From NCBI GenBank assembly GCA_964187785.1, contig OZ076410.1, forward strand, positions 53,630,001 through 53,694,000: DNA of 64,000 nt. The letters are read 5' to 3'. Made by a program: the position numbers and the translations under genes. Positions 35,490 through 48,945 of the stretch are shown here, one piece after another. Below the pieces are notes generated by a model, which saw only the letters and a list, made by a program, of their open reading frames with translations, did not search any database and had not been told where the DNA came from. Within the stretch, counting starts at the first letter, position 1. Every line of letters begins with the position of its first letter. Source of the DNA: Amphiscolops sp. MND2022 (lineage: Eukaryota).

Positions 35490-36450
35490 TTACTGAATTG
35501 TTAAGGTTATCGTATTCACTTTCAAAAAGATTAGAACAAAATTTTTTGATGACGCGACTGACTGCGATCTTGTAAATAATTGAACTGAGTAAGCTCGGGC
35601 TGATAGATTCGGCCTAAGATAGGTTCATTGTCAGAATCAAGCAGTTTGTATGTGACGGGACCCTTCTTGTACTGATGTACCTTGACAATTTTGAATACTT
35701 CACTCGTGTTTTGTTGCTTTTATTCTTTGCCGAATGGCATAACTTTGAGCGCGATACGAACACGATCCCCTACCTTGAAACGTTCAGCAGCCTGGTTGGT
35801 CTTCGTTTCTAACTTGGCTGTTTGCAGAGCGAGCAACTTTGGAACGTGTCGTTGTGTAACTTGACTCGCTGTTATGCCAATGGATCGGTTATACCTGTTA
35901 TTAACCAATTCAACAAACTTTTGCAAAAATAAGATGTATCTGAAAGTTCGACGCGCTTCGAAAAACTTGTGTAGGAGTGACTTTAGGGTTCGTATGTATC
36001 TTTCAGCCATGCAACTTTTGGTCTCACTGTAACTGTGATAAATTTCTATAGCATTGTTTGAACGAATTTTTGGGAATTCAACTTGAAATTCTTTGCCTTG
36101 ATCAACCCAAATTTTGATTGGAAAATCAAGTTTGTCAAAATTGATCATTTTTTTCAGTGCAGAAGTGGCAGCATTTGATGTCTTGTCTTTCAAGGGTTGC
36201 ACTTGATTTTTTCGAGAGAGAAAATCAACTGCAAGAAGCAAGTATTTGTAACCATCGTTGAACTTTTGCAGTTTTTCCATGTAAGCAACTTCAAGGGACC
36301 AAATATGATTGATTCCGAGGGCTATAACATGAGCCGCTGAAAACGTCGGCGTGAAGGTTTGAATTTTGTAAAAATTGGTGAGCTTTGTAGGTAAGCCAAA
36401 ACTTTTTTCTCGGTAGGTCGCTCGCTTTCACCAATTCTTAACACTACCGA
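35490..36450 (-). pseudogene. Polinton retroviral-like (rve) integrase, frameshifted
   Basis: YKYLLLAVDFLSR, IWVDQGKEF, SCMAERYIRTLK, NNRYNRSIG and FKVGDRVRI; core ORF 35720-36280. Confidence 0.9.
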
Positions 36451-37236
36451 AAGCAGCAGGATTTGAAAGGGAAGTGTAAATACCATGAAGTTTTCTATAT
36501 TCCGTTTCCGATAATGGTCGGTCATCTGCTTTTGATGGTGTCATCAGGGATGTTGCAATCTTTGTTGATGCAAGTTTCTGTTTATAATGTGACTCAAACA
36601 ATTTATGTTCACAATGAGGTTTCTGGCAAGCTGAACAGAATTGTGACTTTCCGCGGGGAACAGTATATTGAGAACTAAAAAATAACTTTCAGGAACTCTC
36701 TTCTGATAAATTTGCAAGTCTCGGCGAAATGTTCAAAAGTCTAAAGTTGTGTCCGTAGAACGACCGGTATACTCCTCAACTGAGCCGCTGGCTGACGGTA
36801 AGTTGAACGAAGATGTCGACGTGTTGAAGGTGATTTCTTCACACTGGATAAGTAGGTTCAAAACTCCTTGTATCCTGGTTTTTCGAGTCGACATAGCGGT
36901 TTTCTCGTCAATCGCTCGATGCCGTTTTTTCACAGGCAACCCTTGAACTTCAACAGAGTTTGCCACGTCCTGCAGCCAAGTTGTTGCAGCTGGATTGTCT
37001 GTAGTGCTACGTGATGACGCAATTTCTTTCTCAATTAATTTTGCTGGGTTGCTCACTGTTTTCGAGGGATTCTCTTCTAAACTCAATGCAGCATCGTCAT
37101 CACGCGCTGTTGATTGCTCCGATTTGCAATTATACTGGTTAAAAGGTTTTTCATAAATTGACAAAGGTATGAGGACAAATTCTTCCATTGACCGTTTAAG
37201 GAATTGAGGAAATGGTGATGGAGGACGCTCAATCAA
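36450..37236 (-). pseudogene. Polinton hypothetical protein between ATPase and integrase
   Basis: ORF 36733-37236 (MEEFVLIPLSIY from 37188), apparently continuing in another frame. Confidence 0.4.
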
Positions 37237-38277
37237 ACTTGGTCAACCACACAAAAAGAACACTTGCCATATAAAACTGAAGTAGAGGAAACAGAAGATA
37301 TTGGAATTACAGAATAACTCTCTTTCAACGCGTCAGGCAAGTTAGCGTGATCATTCAATTGCTCAGATCTGGCATACTGGGAGACAAGTTTTTGAGGAAG
37401 GAGAAAGGTTGTTGGCTCAACAACTGAAATCGAAGTTCGGTTATCTCTGTTTTCCAGAGCTACTGATTTGGTTACTTTGCAGTTCTTCGTGATGCAGCTA
37501 AAATGTTTGGGCGAATTCTTGTATTTAGACAATTTCTCATCAAAGTTACAGATTCTGGTCGCGGAACGTAATGAATCGTGGCAAGTTGCACTGAGATCAA
37601 TTAGTAAATGTCCATGCGTCACTGAAGTAGCGCGCTGATAAGCTGCTTGCGAGAAATTGGAATCGGCAAACTCTAGTTCTGAACAAAGAATTTTCAACTG
37701 CCTGTCAATTCTGGGTGATTTCAAAAAGACGAGATGTGTTGTGTTTTTGTCAGCAGTGACGCAATAACGACCCTGGTGATAGAGATTGTTTAATGAAAAT
37801 TACACTGACAACTTTGTGCCGACCAGCAGTTGCCAAATTAGCGAAAGATGAACTTTCTAAAACTTCATCACAAGAGTCATCAAAAATTGCTGAATTTTGT
37901 CGTTGTTTTCAACAGTTCTGAAATCGCTTACACTAGACTGATGATTCAAAAGTTCTTCAATGAGTGAGTCAATGTCAACCGAAGAGTAGCGTGACTTTGC
38001 CTGTTTTGAATTCAATGGATTTTGGGTTTCGTTTTTGTTTTGATGCTCTTTGCTTTTCTGAAAAGATGCTGACACTTTACAGTTGCAAAAAAATCTGGCC
38101 GGGAACTTCTTTCTGAAATTGATCATAAATCGGTTGCCAATAACGATAGTAATAAACACTTTTCTTGAACGGTCGTCTGAAAATGCCACCGTCTTCAGAG
38201 TTGCGTGTCAGTAAATCAAAAAGTAGGCGTGTTTTACCAGATCCACCCGAGCCACAAATGCACATGAAAACTCTCAC
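37233..38277 (-). pseudogene. A32/FtsK-like genome packaging ATPase, at least 2 frameshifts
   Basis: Walker A GSGGSGKT, Walker B AIFDDS, TAGRH, NTTHLVFLKSPR and HGHLLIDL. Confidence 0.9.
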
Positions 38278-38461
38278 TTGACTTTTGACTTGACTTTTCT
38301 CACTTTCATATAACTTTATTCATTTCATTTGAGGGGTTTGTAGAAGGAATCTGCGTTGGGCAAAAAGTATGCTATACAGGTTGATAGAATCATGAAATAG
38401 GCTGTATTCTCCTCGCAACTTAATGACTTCACGAAAAGCAGCCTAGCAACAGAAAAAATAA

Positions 38462-40431
38462 CTAATATGAAAACGAGAATAATTTGTGAGAAAAATATAT
38501 GAGAAACTCACGACCAACGATGTAATTGAAAAGAACCCACTGTTGATCGGTAGTTGCTTGTTTTGAATGCGAACCTTCAGTGTAGGTGGGATGAGATGTG
38601 ATCACTTCAACTAGAGTACTATCAGCAAAATCAAGATCTTTTGAATGTGATTGTATTTCCGATTCTGATAGTTCCAACCGTTTTGACTGTCTATTGATAT
38701 CGGCCGTTTTACAAGAAGTCGCAGAAAGATTTTTGTCGTAAATGTTTTCAGGCAATCTTGGAGGCGGTAATGAATAACCTAATGTTTAGCTCAAGAAGCT
38801 CTTATATAAAGACGTGTCTAGACACAATTGTTGGTCGGATTCCTCGCAGCCGGGGCTTTGCTTATATTCGTAAAAAACTTAATTTCAGTTAACAAAAGGT
38901 GTCCAAAATAACAATAACAGACAGCTGCGTGAGGTAGAGAATTTGAAATAATGGAGGCAGCTGTTTAACTACTTTGTTTCGGAAGATGGTGCCACTACCT
39001 CTGCTGCGCTCACAAAACTGCTCGTCCCCTGTACTCTCTTCGGATTTATGTTCTAGCACCCTAACATTGTTCACGGTTGTAAGCTGCAAGTCAGTGTTAG
39101 CATCTATGGAATTCGAATGACTAAGCGTTGCACAATCACCAGTAACTTTTAGAGAGTCTGATGTGGAAGGACAAAACATGTCATCCAACATCTGAAAAAG
39201 ATATGGTTAAAAAAATTGTCGCAAGCTTCATTCAATTTTATGCTTGTTTATTCTCGGCAAAGAATACGATGTTCTGGAGAAAAATGTTAGTTTGACACAA
39301 AGAGAAGCATTATAAAAGAAGCATGGACAACATCAAACATCATTTTTTTCTTTTTACAAAGATTGTTTCCTAAGTATTTTGATCAAGGAGTTGAGCCCTT
39401 TCTCCTTCGCCTGTAGCATAAACTCGTTCAGGAGGGTTGGCGCTATTTGGAGAGAGTCGCGTTGTAGAGAGGTTAATTTCTCTTTCTCTTTCGTCCTCGT
39501 CGTTTTCATACTCGCTCATTATTTCATCTTGATATTGAATCGGAAGGTGAGCAGGATCATCACTTTGTTCATCAAGTATGGACGGGAGAGCAAGGGTACT
39601 GTTGCTTGAAACCTCAGGTACAACTGCTGACATTGTCGGAGACCTGCTACCGTTGGTCGTTGAAACATTCGAGTTGTCAAGGCTCTGAGTGGGTTAGCGC
39701 CGAGTGTCAAAAAAATTGGTCATTGAAGTGTTTAGGTTATTTTGAGGTTGATTAGCATTTCCCAAGTGTTGATGCGAAGATGTAGCCCTTTCACTTTGTT
39801 GTTCTGCATATTGTCTTTGAATTTCTTGACTAGGCCAATTTCTGGGCTGAGTTGAACCAGGTACGTTATTCCAAACTGACGATTGGTTCATATAGGGTAA
39901 AAAAAGTGAGATGCGGAGTACTCAGTCTTGCATACGGGCGACCAACGTACCTAGTGTATTTGGGGTTTGTTTGATGAAAGACTGCATGACCACCGGACGG
40001 CAACGTAAACTTCGGAAGGTTTCCTGTAGAAGCAGTGTTTAAACTGGTTTTATAGTTTCCATTGTAAAAACTGGATGTCAAAGATTGCGAAGCTGTATGA
40101 TTTTGAATCGCCAATCCGTATCGCATCCTGCCGCCATCTGTCTGGGAGTTAGTATAATCTCTGAAAGGGAGATGTTCAGAGCAATGGGTGTACTTTGCAC
40201 CAAACAGCAGTATTCTTCCCAACTTATCTCAATACTATCTGCTCGCCTTGACCCAATCAATCCAGCACTACTGCATAAACTCTTTGTGGCATACCCTCTA
40301 CTGATTGTAACTCTGGGATACGACGTAGACTGCGTCGAATTATTCAAGTTGTTTTGATCGAGAGGCTGATTGGTGTTGGGAAAGTGAAATCCTAGTTGCA
40401 AGGTATTCGACAATAGTAAGAAGGCCGTCAA
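38462..40431 (-). pseudogene. Block of Polinton accessory ORF fragments of unknown function
   Basis: Seven short minus-strand ORFs, S/T/N/Q-rich; no motif recognised. Confidence 0.3.
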
Positions 40432-40518
40432 TTCCTCATTAAAGGCTTTCTCTTCGAGCCAATTTTACTTGAGTAGAGACTCACGGTATCTGAAAGCAGC
40501 ATAATGTCTACTTTTCAA

Positions 40519-41090
40519 TCAAAGAAAAAATATGAAACCAGTTATATGTCCCAACCAAAAACAAGCGTGTGTATAGCCTGGTCCTTTTTTGTGGACCTGA
40601 TACAAATGACCATGCGCATCGTGGAATACAGTGTGTAATTTTAAAATAGGGAATAACGGAGCCATCAAGGAGTGAGTTCGAACTGTTATCCCAGGTCCGA
40701 TAATCCCGCCCAAGGAGCTCTATGTGAGAATTCATTGCATTTGAGCAACTTGTTGAAAGCACACGAGGGGCAGATATTAATACATGAACATCTGTTAGTT
40801 TCAACCAGAAGCACGCTCACAAAAAGTATGTGATTAAAATACAACAGGGAACATACATACATGCCGGGAACAGCCACGTCGAGACGTAGGTTGAACATTG
40901 GAGAAATCAATCCTGAATCAGTTTCCGATTCAACGGTTTTCGCGGTTAATTCTTTGAGCACGTCGTTGTTGTGGTTAGTACAATGTTTATGGAGTTTTTT
41001 GACAAGTTCGTAAATTGATTCAATTTTCAAAAAAATTGAGCAGAACATACTGCATGTGACTGAATTTAAAAAGCAAACGACGATCCACAA
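40519..41090 (-). pseudogene. Phospholipase A2-like protein (parvoviral/adintoviral PLA2-type), frameshifted
   Basis: GGIIGPG (Ca-loop-like), LHTVFHDAHG (HD catalytic pair) and GPGY; Cys-rich N-terminal part in ORF 40686-41090. Confidence 0.5.
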
Positions 41091-41300
41091 AATTTGAAAA
41101 AAATTTAACTGTTCATCTCCAGGATGAGCTTAACATAAAAAGTAAAAACACTATTGTAAGTAAAACTATTCAAACTCAAGAGAACCGAAAACGAGACAAG
41201 ATATTCAATTATCTAACTTATTTATCTAAACAAGACGACAAGAAAACAAGACGACGAGAACGAATAATATAAAGCATGAAGTATGACAAAGTATAATTTT

Positions 41301-42148
41301 TCACCGACGTTCGTTTTCCCAGATGCAATGGAGTTCCCAGGTCACTTTTGGCCTCATTTTCGGTGCCCGTTTCGGGAAAAATTCTCGGTTTACGTAGTCG
41401 GTTGACTCCTTTTTCCAATCGTCGGCCATTTGTTTCTCGAAAATATTTCCATGCAACAGCGTGAAATTGTCGTTGGTACAGCCCCAGAAACTGCTCCAAA
41501 TTGAATAAGGACACCAAACATTGCGTTGTTGTACGTGAAATCCCCCAAATTCCTCTTTGTTTCTCAAAGTAGTCTGAAAGATCTGTTGAATTTTGCGGAC
41601 GGTGCTCTCCAATTCCCAATTCACCGCTGTCTCTCTGACCAAAAAGTGCGAGCCTCTTTTACTGAGTTGACATCCCTCCGCAATTACTCCACTCTTTTGC
41701 TTGTCTGAAGAAGTTTGTTGTTCACGATTATCGAGCTCGTATTTCAATATAGAATCGGAATCGCCCAGTTTTGTTGAACTTAACTCTTCATCGCATGGGT
41801 TTGCTTTCAGTTCCAGTTTAATTTTCTTGCTACTGTTACCTGGTTCAAGGTGTGACTCCTTACAGATTCCATCGTTTTTCTGTAGTTGTTCTGGAGGCAA
41901 AAACACTAGTATATGTAAATTATTTTCTGTGGCCGTGCTGTCTCGAGGATCTGGTAGAATGTAACACCTTCCTGAAGGAAAACGACCACTCTGCAAATAC
42001 GGTGACAAATCTTGAACACATTGAACACCGTCGTCCTTGAAACCACATTGTTTGTTGCAACAGAAGAGATGACCGCCAATAATAAAACCAGCACCCACAT
42101 CAGTCGAGAGTTTACGGATGCTGTTACGCACAAATAGGCATTGGGCAA
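41301..42148 (-). CDS. Polinton hypothetical protein (276-aa open segment)
   Basis: Long ORF directly downstream of pPolB; Cys-containing N-terminus; no family recognised. Confidence 0.45.
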
Positions 42149-42471
42149 CTGCTTTTTTCTCGAATTTTTGATTTGGATAGAAAACGAAATGACTGTATAG
42201 TAATGACGTTTTGCGTCTAAACTCTATGGGCGTTTTCTGAAAGCAAGCAACAATTAGTTAGGAAAGGACTATCTATGCATTTGTAATGTTTTGAAAAAGC
42301 ACCTGTTTGCTACCTTCGAACAACAAAAAAAATAAATTGGTAAAGAACTCTACTGAAAAGAAACGTAGATAAACAAATAAATATACTTTCGTCAAAGGCT
42401 ACTAAAATAAACAAAAGGCGCCGATACACCAGTTTTTTGTCGAGCACACGCTTATTGCTCGTCACACGAGC

Positions 42472-45400
42472 CTACTTTTCACAAAAGCGAGTTTTTATTT
42501 GACCAGTTTTCACACATCTACTCAAGGATGTGAAAGGACTTCTTAGCTCATGTGTTTCTCCAAGAATTAGTTTTTTGAAAGTGTCTGGGATGAAGGTTTT
42601 CTCCGTCGCCCTGTTTAGGGTGACACCTTTCACTTTGAAGACGTTGTATTCGAGGCCTGAGAAAACATTGTGTCCCGACAAGCAGTAAAATTTGGGACCG
42701 GCACTCCAGATTTTGTCGATTAAAACATCACCGGGAAGCTCATTCGTCATTTCACCCATAGCTGATCCCAAATGTATGTCCTGTACTCCATCAGATTTGT
42801 CATGCACGTACATTATGCTATCTGTGTCACAGTAGAGAATGTTTTTAGGATTTCGAACACATTGCATGTTTTCGTAAAGAATCACCCTTGCATGAGCTGT
42901 TGTGAACGCGGCCAGAATGACGTTGGTTTTTCTTGGCGAATCTGCGGCATCGTCAAGCAGCTGATTTTGCAGAAGCATCAAGTCGTCACCGACCAAAGTT
43001 GCATCAGTCACACGCTTGGTCCTGGATGTGAAGTACTCAACAACTTCACGGTAGTTGTTGGCGTATCTAGTTTTGGGCATGTTGTCTCTCATTCCCAAAT
43101 AACCCCAAAAACTATTCAATAAAATCTTGGCAATGAATCGGAGGCCTTCGTTTTTTTCAATACTGTTAGGGTCCAGCGTGATACCTTCTTGCGCCCGTAT
43201 GTCATCCAAATATTTCTTTTTGTGCAAGCACAGTGTTTCAACTAATCCAGTCTCTGTTTACCAACATCCTTCAGAGGGCCAAACAGATGCCTCCATCTTG
43301 ATTTTGAGGAAAGTGTCAATGTAATCTTTGAAGAGACTGGTGGATCGTTTGCACCGGGACCAGCTCCAAACTTCTGCCACATCAAGAACGCGATAACCTG
43401 TTTCAATGGCTTTTTTCAGTTCCGGAGTTGCAAATATACCCCAAAAACCTCGTTCTCTCGGTTTGAAATGATTACAGAGGTTAGAATTCAACTCCAAGCT
43501 TCGGTGATCTAAGACGTTGCTTCTCTCTTCAACACACCGCCTGCAAAGAGGAAAGAAAAGTTTTGATTGATACTTAAACGGTAAAATTGGTAGGTGGAGA
43601 TCAGAAGGAGGTAATACTTCGCACTTAATGAGGCCGAAGAAGTCCTCATTGAGAATTTTGTTTTCCACTATTATGTATACATATTGGGAAAATCTCAGAG
43701 CGGAAAAGTCCGTAACTGTTGTCTCCACTGCTTCATCTGTAATTTTTGCATCAGTTTCTTGTTGGTTTCTCGAAAAACGTAGAATTGTCTCGCCTTGTCC
43801 AAGGAACAGTATTTCGGTAACTTCATTTTTGTTGACAGGACACGAAGGCGAGTTTGGACCATCAGGTACTTGTGATGTTGCTTCAGCTTTTCCTCGATAA
43901 GTGACAAGGTGTCGTTGCTCAATTTCAATTAACACTTGATCAGGGTGACCAACTGGATACATGCACCGCGAGTTGACGTAAGGGTACAGGGAGCAGACGT
44001 CGACATAGCAGACAGTTTGTGATTCAGTTTGCCTTGACCAAAAATTCACAAAATCTTCCGTTCTTCCACCAACGAAGGCATCCGTAGGCTGTAGAGGCCT
44101 GTACCGTCTAGTTTCCGAGGAGCATTTAATCAACTGAAACAAATTCGTTGGTGTGTATAAGTCTCTTTCGTCCAATGTGTTTGATTTGGTAGAGCTGCTG
44201 ATCCTCTCCATCAACGTAGTGGGCAATGTGAAGTTCGTTGACTCCAACGACTCCGAAAATCCTGCTGGGCATGCATCATCAAATGCCTTCGCTTGAAGAA
44301 GTTGGTTCATTTCACACTCCCATATATGAAAGACACTTTGAACGTAGAACTCGAATTGGTCGGTTGTTGTGAATACTTTCTCAGTCTGGGTCTGTAGATG
44401 CAGCCAATTGAGTCGGTCCACAACAGTTGTTGTATATAAATCATGCATTGACATACCATTGCGTTTTTTGTTCATCTCAATCCGGTCAGATTAGCAAGTT
44501 GGACATCCATGATAATAGCACCCAAAAAATTCCAAAACAATGGAAGTATGTACCATTTTCTTGTGATTTTTTGAAGTTATGGCATTGTCAGAGTTTGTGT
44601 TGCTTCTCCTCAGAAGCAAAAGCCCATCCACTTTGAAGGAACCTAGTGTCTGTTCCTTTCCTCTGCCTTTTTTAGAGCCACCTCCGAATTTGTAAAGTCT
44701 CACTTCACAAAAAATCTGATTGGTTTCAAGAGTCTCCCAAGCAATTTTTTCGATCCAAGTCATCCATAAAGCAGCAGGAACTGAAGTTAGCTCATTTCCA
44801 GTGTAACCGTGATTCGGCAAAATCGCAATTGAGTTTTTTGGCATGAAAAGTTGCCTGTAGATGAAGTTACAGGCAGAAGCAGCGGTACATGCAACTTTGA
44901 AAGGATCTATTCCTCCGCAAGTAAAATTAATCATCCTGCGATATTCTAAAAACGTTCCTTCAAAAGCTTGACATCCGATTCACAGTAAGATATCAAGTCT
45001 TGTTCAAAATTGTAAGTTTTGGAGTTTTCTTTGTAGTATCGTTTCTGTTGTGTGTGCCATTCCAAAAATTTTGTGACAGTTTGTCCGCCTTTCATTGAGT
45101 TGATTGCGTACAGACATGCTGGAGGAAACTGCCCATGTTTGAAAGCAAAGTCATCGTCAACTGTATTACTGTGTGCCAGTGATGAGCTTGCAGTCGAGTT
45201 GCAAAAAAAGAGTTGCAACGACTACAATCTCTAGTTATAATTTGGCGGAGACTGCAATTTACTCATTTTACACAGTTTTGAAAGCTGTGAATTTTACCAC
45301 TGGAATCGGGATATAGCGCTTCTGAGGAAGTTAGATAGTGGGGGAAATACCCTTTCTTCAGTTCTCTTAGGTTGAATGTTGAAGTGAACTTGGATAAAGG

Positions 45401-47280
45401 GATAGGTATGAACAGATAGGAGTCAATAAACCTCTTGTTGCCCACTCGCATTGAAACCATTTTGTTACCTCTCAAGAGAAACTTGGGAATATACTTGTGC
45501 TGTTTGTATAACCATTCTAGAATTGGTAAAAAATCGAATCCACTTCCAAAATGAGCAATGAACCATTCCGTTTTTCGCACTCTTTCATGAGTACCAAATA
45601 CCGCTTGGCAAAATTTGCTGACACATTCGTATCCAACATACACAGTGTGTTCTCCAATCAAAGACTCATCAAGCAGCAAAATTGGTTTATGAACTCCTCG
45701 ATTGCCACAACTTTGATCTGTTTCAATATCGAAGGTCCAAATATCACGGTCGGGAGGTTTTTGATTTGAACGTCTAGCAAGGGAATCATGAACCTCTCAA
45801 TCATGTTTTACGGTGAGTTTTGCTTTTTTTGCCCCGATTGAGTTTCCATCCCCAACACTACTCTCCAGACCATCATTCTAACCAATCGCGTCCCTATGAA
45901 TGAATTGAAGGCTTGGACTGTCATTGTTAGTGTTTCCTTCGTACGCCATATCTGTCTGACTGCACTCTAATTTGGTCTTACAGTGCTGTTGAACGAAGCA
46001 CCGATGAATAGGAACCACTGCTCCACTGTTCTGCTTTCGGTCTGGAACGGGTAGTATTCGGAACATATGTCGCAGCGCTTTTTTGAACAAAAGTGATTGG
46101 AAAAAGCCCGTTTGGGAACAGTGTTGTTGCACAAGGGACACTGGGTGTACAAATGACAAACACCCGATCTGATATGACACTGCAAACAATTTAGACTGCG
46201 TAATTTCAAATGAAATCGATCACATTGGAATAAAACAGTCCCATTAACAAGACTTGCTGAGGTATTGATAAAACTTGTTCTGTTTAAACAGTCAGATTCT
46301 TTACAAATCATGCAACCACTAGCGGAACATAAGTGTTTGATTGTCGAAAAAGCACGGTGACAGCTGTAGCAGTAATGTCGAGCGTCAAACAAGCCCCTCA
46401 TTGATGTAATAACGTCCACATGGCAATTTGTGGCGTCATAAAGAAGATCAATGTGTTTTTCTGCAGTGATAATGTAGCACATCAGGAAAGTACCCATGAA
46501 GTTGCTGTCGTATACTGATATACAAAAAGGTCGTAGTGAAGATGTAGTGGCAAGATATTCGAGGTCTCGAAGAACCAGAGGTTTTGCAGGACCCAGGGCC
46601 TCCTCTGTTGATTCCGATCTCACTGAGACTGAAGTTGTGTTGTTCCTTGATAGCGAGACAGAAAAATTTATTGAAGACACAATGTTCTTCTCAGCATTCA
46701 TTCTCTGCATGAAAAGTTGCATCTCTCTAGTTTGCACGGAAGCGCGATCAAGGTGTAGGTTTTTCTTTCTGGTAGACTTTGATGATGACCTTTCTCCAAC
46801 TTTGAGAGCTATTGCAAGAGCTTTCAATAGACATTCGTTTTGTTCACTTTTAATCACAATCACAGATTTTTTTTGTTTGGTGAATTGCTTGATGTCGGGA
46901 ACCATTCTGTTTTGTATTCCACCTATCCGCTTTCCACCCATTGTAGGTAGGGATACGCTGAGAACATTGACTTTAATGTTGTTACTTATATCAAACGATT
47001 CATTCGAATTCACCACCCTATCTATTTCTTTCAGCACAATGTCTGCATCGAAATCTTCTGCAGGCGAAAAAGGAATATGAATGGGGTAATTCGAAGTGGG
47101 AGCGTTCAGAACCAATCGAATTCTGTGATCATGACCCGGAAGATCCTCTTGAGTTTCAGAAATCAGTGTGTTTATCATATGGTTGAATATTTCCCGTAAC
47201 TTGTCCAAAACGGTCTCAATTTTTGTGAAGTAAACTTCGTAATATCTACTAGCAGCATGCAACAGACTTCTCTGCGGCAT
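42472..47280 (-). pseudogene. polB: Protein-primed family B DNA polymerase (pPolB), split over at least 6 ORFs
   Basis: Exo I TFDIET, Exo II AHFGSGFD, Exo III YCESDV; motif A YVDVCSLYP, motif B KILLNSFWG, motif C YCDTDS; GPKFY and KVKG; VSR-like VDG..EFFGCYYHGCPTC insert; N-terminal OTU-like and Zn-finger region. Confidence 0.95.
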
Positions 47281-47624
47281 GCGATTAAACTATAAAAAAT
47301 TCTCTGGACTGAAAGCGGCCATTTATTAGCTGAAAAAGGAACAGGATGTTGATTGAGAGCAAGGTCCCAGAACGGTATTGTTGAGAAAAATACAAAACGA
47401 CAAGATGAATAACATGTAAAAAATTGAAATCAAACTACACAGTCACACAGTCACACAATAAATTTATACTTATTTGAGTAATAAAGTTAATATTATATGC
47501 AAAAAGTTGGTGAAACCATAATACAAAACGCGCTCGTTGGACTTGCGTTATTCATTTTCAATTTATCCGCTTCCTTCACAATCACCATAGTATTTGAACT
47601 AGTTCATGAAGACATCATCATTCT

Positions 47625-48260
47625 CTAACTCGTTGTCGTCTCGACAGCTTGGCCCATATCCATCTGGGTTTGTACGCGGTAGCCAACGTCGCACCCGCTC
47701 TCGAAACGTTTGTCTTCGTTCCCATGGTTGTGAATGTCTGCTTGGTGCTGAGAAACAATAGTGTGTTCGTCTCCACTATTGACCACCTTTGATGACGATG
47801 CTGCCTTGACAGTCCTTCTTTTTGCAGTCTGTGAGCTTGTTACAGGCCTGATCCCAATGGCTGCATTTTTAACAGTGTTCAAAAGCGATCGTTTTCTTTC
47901 CGACAAAAGATGCGACAGAACCGCTTGTGTCATCATTGTCTTTAACACAACACAACACAAAGCACTTTCGAGAAACCGATTGAATTCTTGAGGCACATTC
48001 TGACCAAATCCAGCAACCTCTACTGCGGCCTTGTCGCCCAAGCCTAAGCAAGTCGCAAAGCAGGTCAGTTCATCAATTGTGAAGGAGAAGTGACTTTGAC
48101 GGTTCCACTGACCACTATCAAAGTCTGGTTTGCATAGACCTAGACCAATGTATGTTGAAGGACCAGAACTGCTGGCATTGTCATATGTTTTGATACCTAC
48201 TCGGACCCAGCGATTGTGACTCATAGAAATGTCCCACCACTTGTCATGCGTACTTTCATC
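47625..48260 (-). CDS. Polinton ORF with possible PC4-like ssDNA-binding domain
   Basis: WDISMSHNRWVRV..TYIGLGLCK..GQWNRQSHFSFTIDELTCF fits a beta-beta-beta-beta-alpha PC4-like pattern. Confidence 0.35.
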   Translation of the reverse strand, partial: DESTHDKWWDISMSHNRWVRVGIKTYDNASSSGPSTYIGLGLCKPDFDSGQWNRQSHFSFTIDELTCFATCLGLGDKAAVEVAGFGQNVPQEFNRFLESALCCVVLKTMMTQAVLSHLLSERKRSLLNTVKNAAIGIRPVTSSQTAKRRTVKAASSSKVVNSGDEHTIVSQHQADIHNHGNEDKRFESGCDVGYRVQTQMDMGQAVETTTS

Positions 48261-48945
48261 TGCCTCCGGCGATATTTTCTATGAAGAGACCAGACATTTG
48301 TTGTCCGTGCCCGAGAAAGCAGACTTTCGCTCACGCTTTTGTTTCCGAACTAGTTGACAGCCAGTTCATTGTCATTTTTCAACTTCGATATCTGAAAAGT
48401 TGGAAACAACCTATTAGATACTATATGCTGGTTGTTTTATAGACGATTTCACCAGATTACAAGATTTTAAGTTCTGAAGTCTTCGATTCGCCTCTATATT
48501 TTTTTTGTGAACGCGTTCAGTCCTTCAACAAAGCTTACTGTTCAAACTTTTTGAATGGAAAAAGTGAGTATGTAGTGTTGACAAGGATCATAGTAAAAAA
48601 AGCAAAGTGAAAGACCACAAGAGCTACAAAGGAAACGAAGTTGACTTTTCTTTGCAACAAAAAAGAAATGTGGATGAAAAAAAATGAATTGATCCGGCTA
48701 TATTTCATAATGGAGCAGCAGTTATGAGCAGACTTCATCACAGCTAATTCAAACGATTTATTCAAACTAGTTCATGCGCAAAAAATGGTTTCTCGATTGT
48801 CAGTTTAGAAGCTTGAACAAGCGCTTTCCTTGCTTTCAACATCGGTTCTCTCTCGCTCTTCCTGTCCTCGGCAAATTCAAAATAGTAACCATCCAAAAGT
48901 TGTTGGGTGAATTCGTCTTCTCCAGTGAATCTGCTAAACACGTCG

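Noticed and set aside
46496-47080. Long plus-strand ORFs (also 56722-57210, 58565-58987, 43628-43900)
   Set aside because: Antisense shadows of real minus-strand pPolB or gag-pol coding sequence; no independent motifs.
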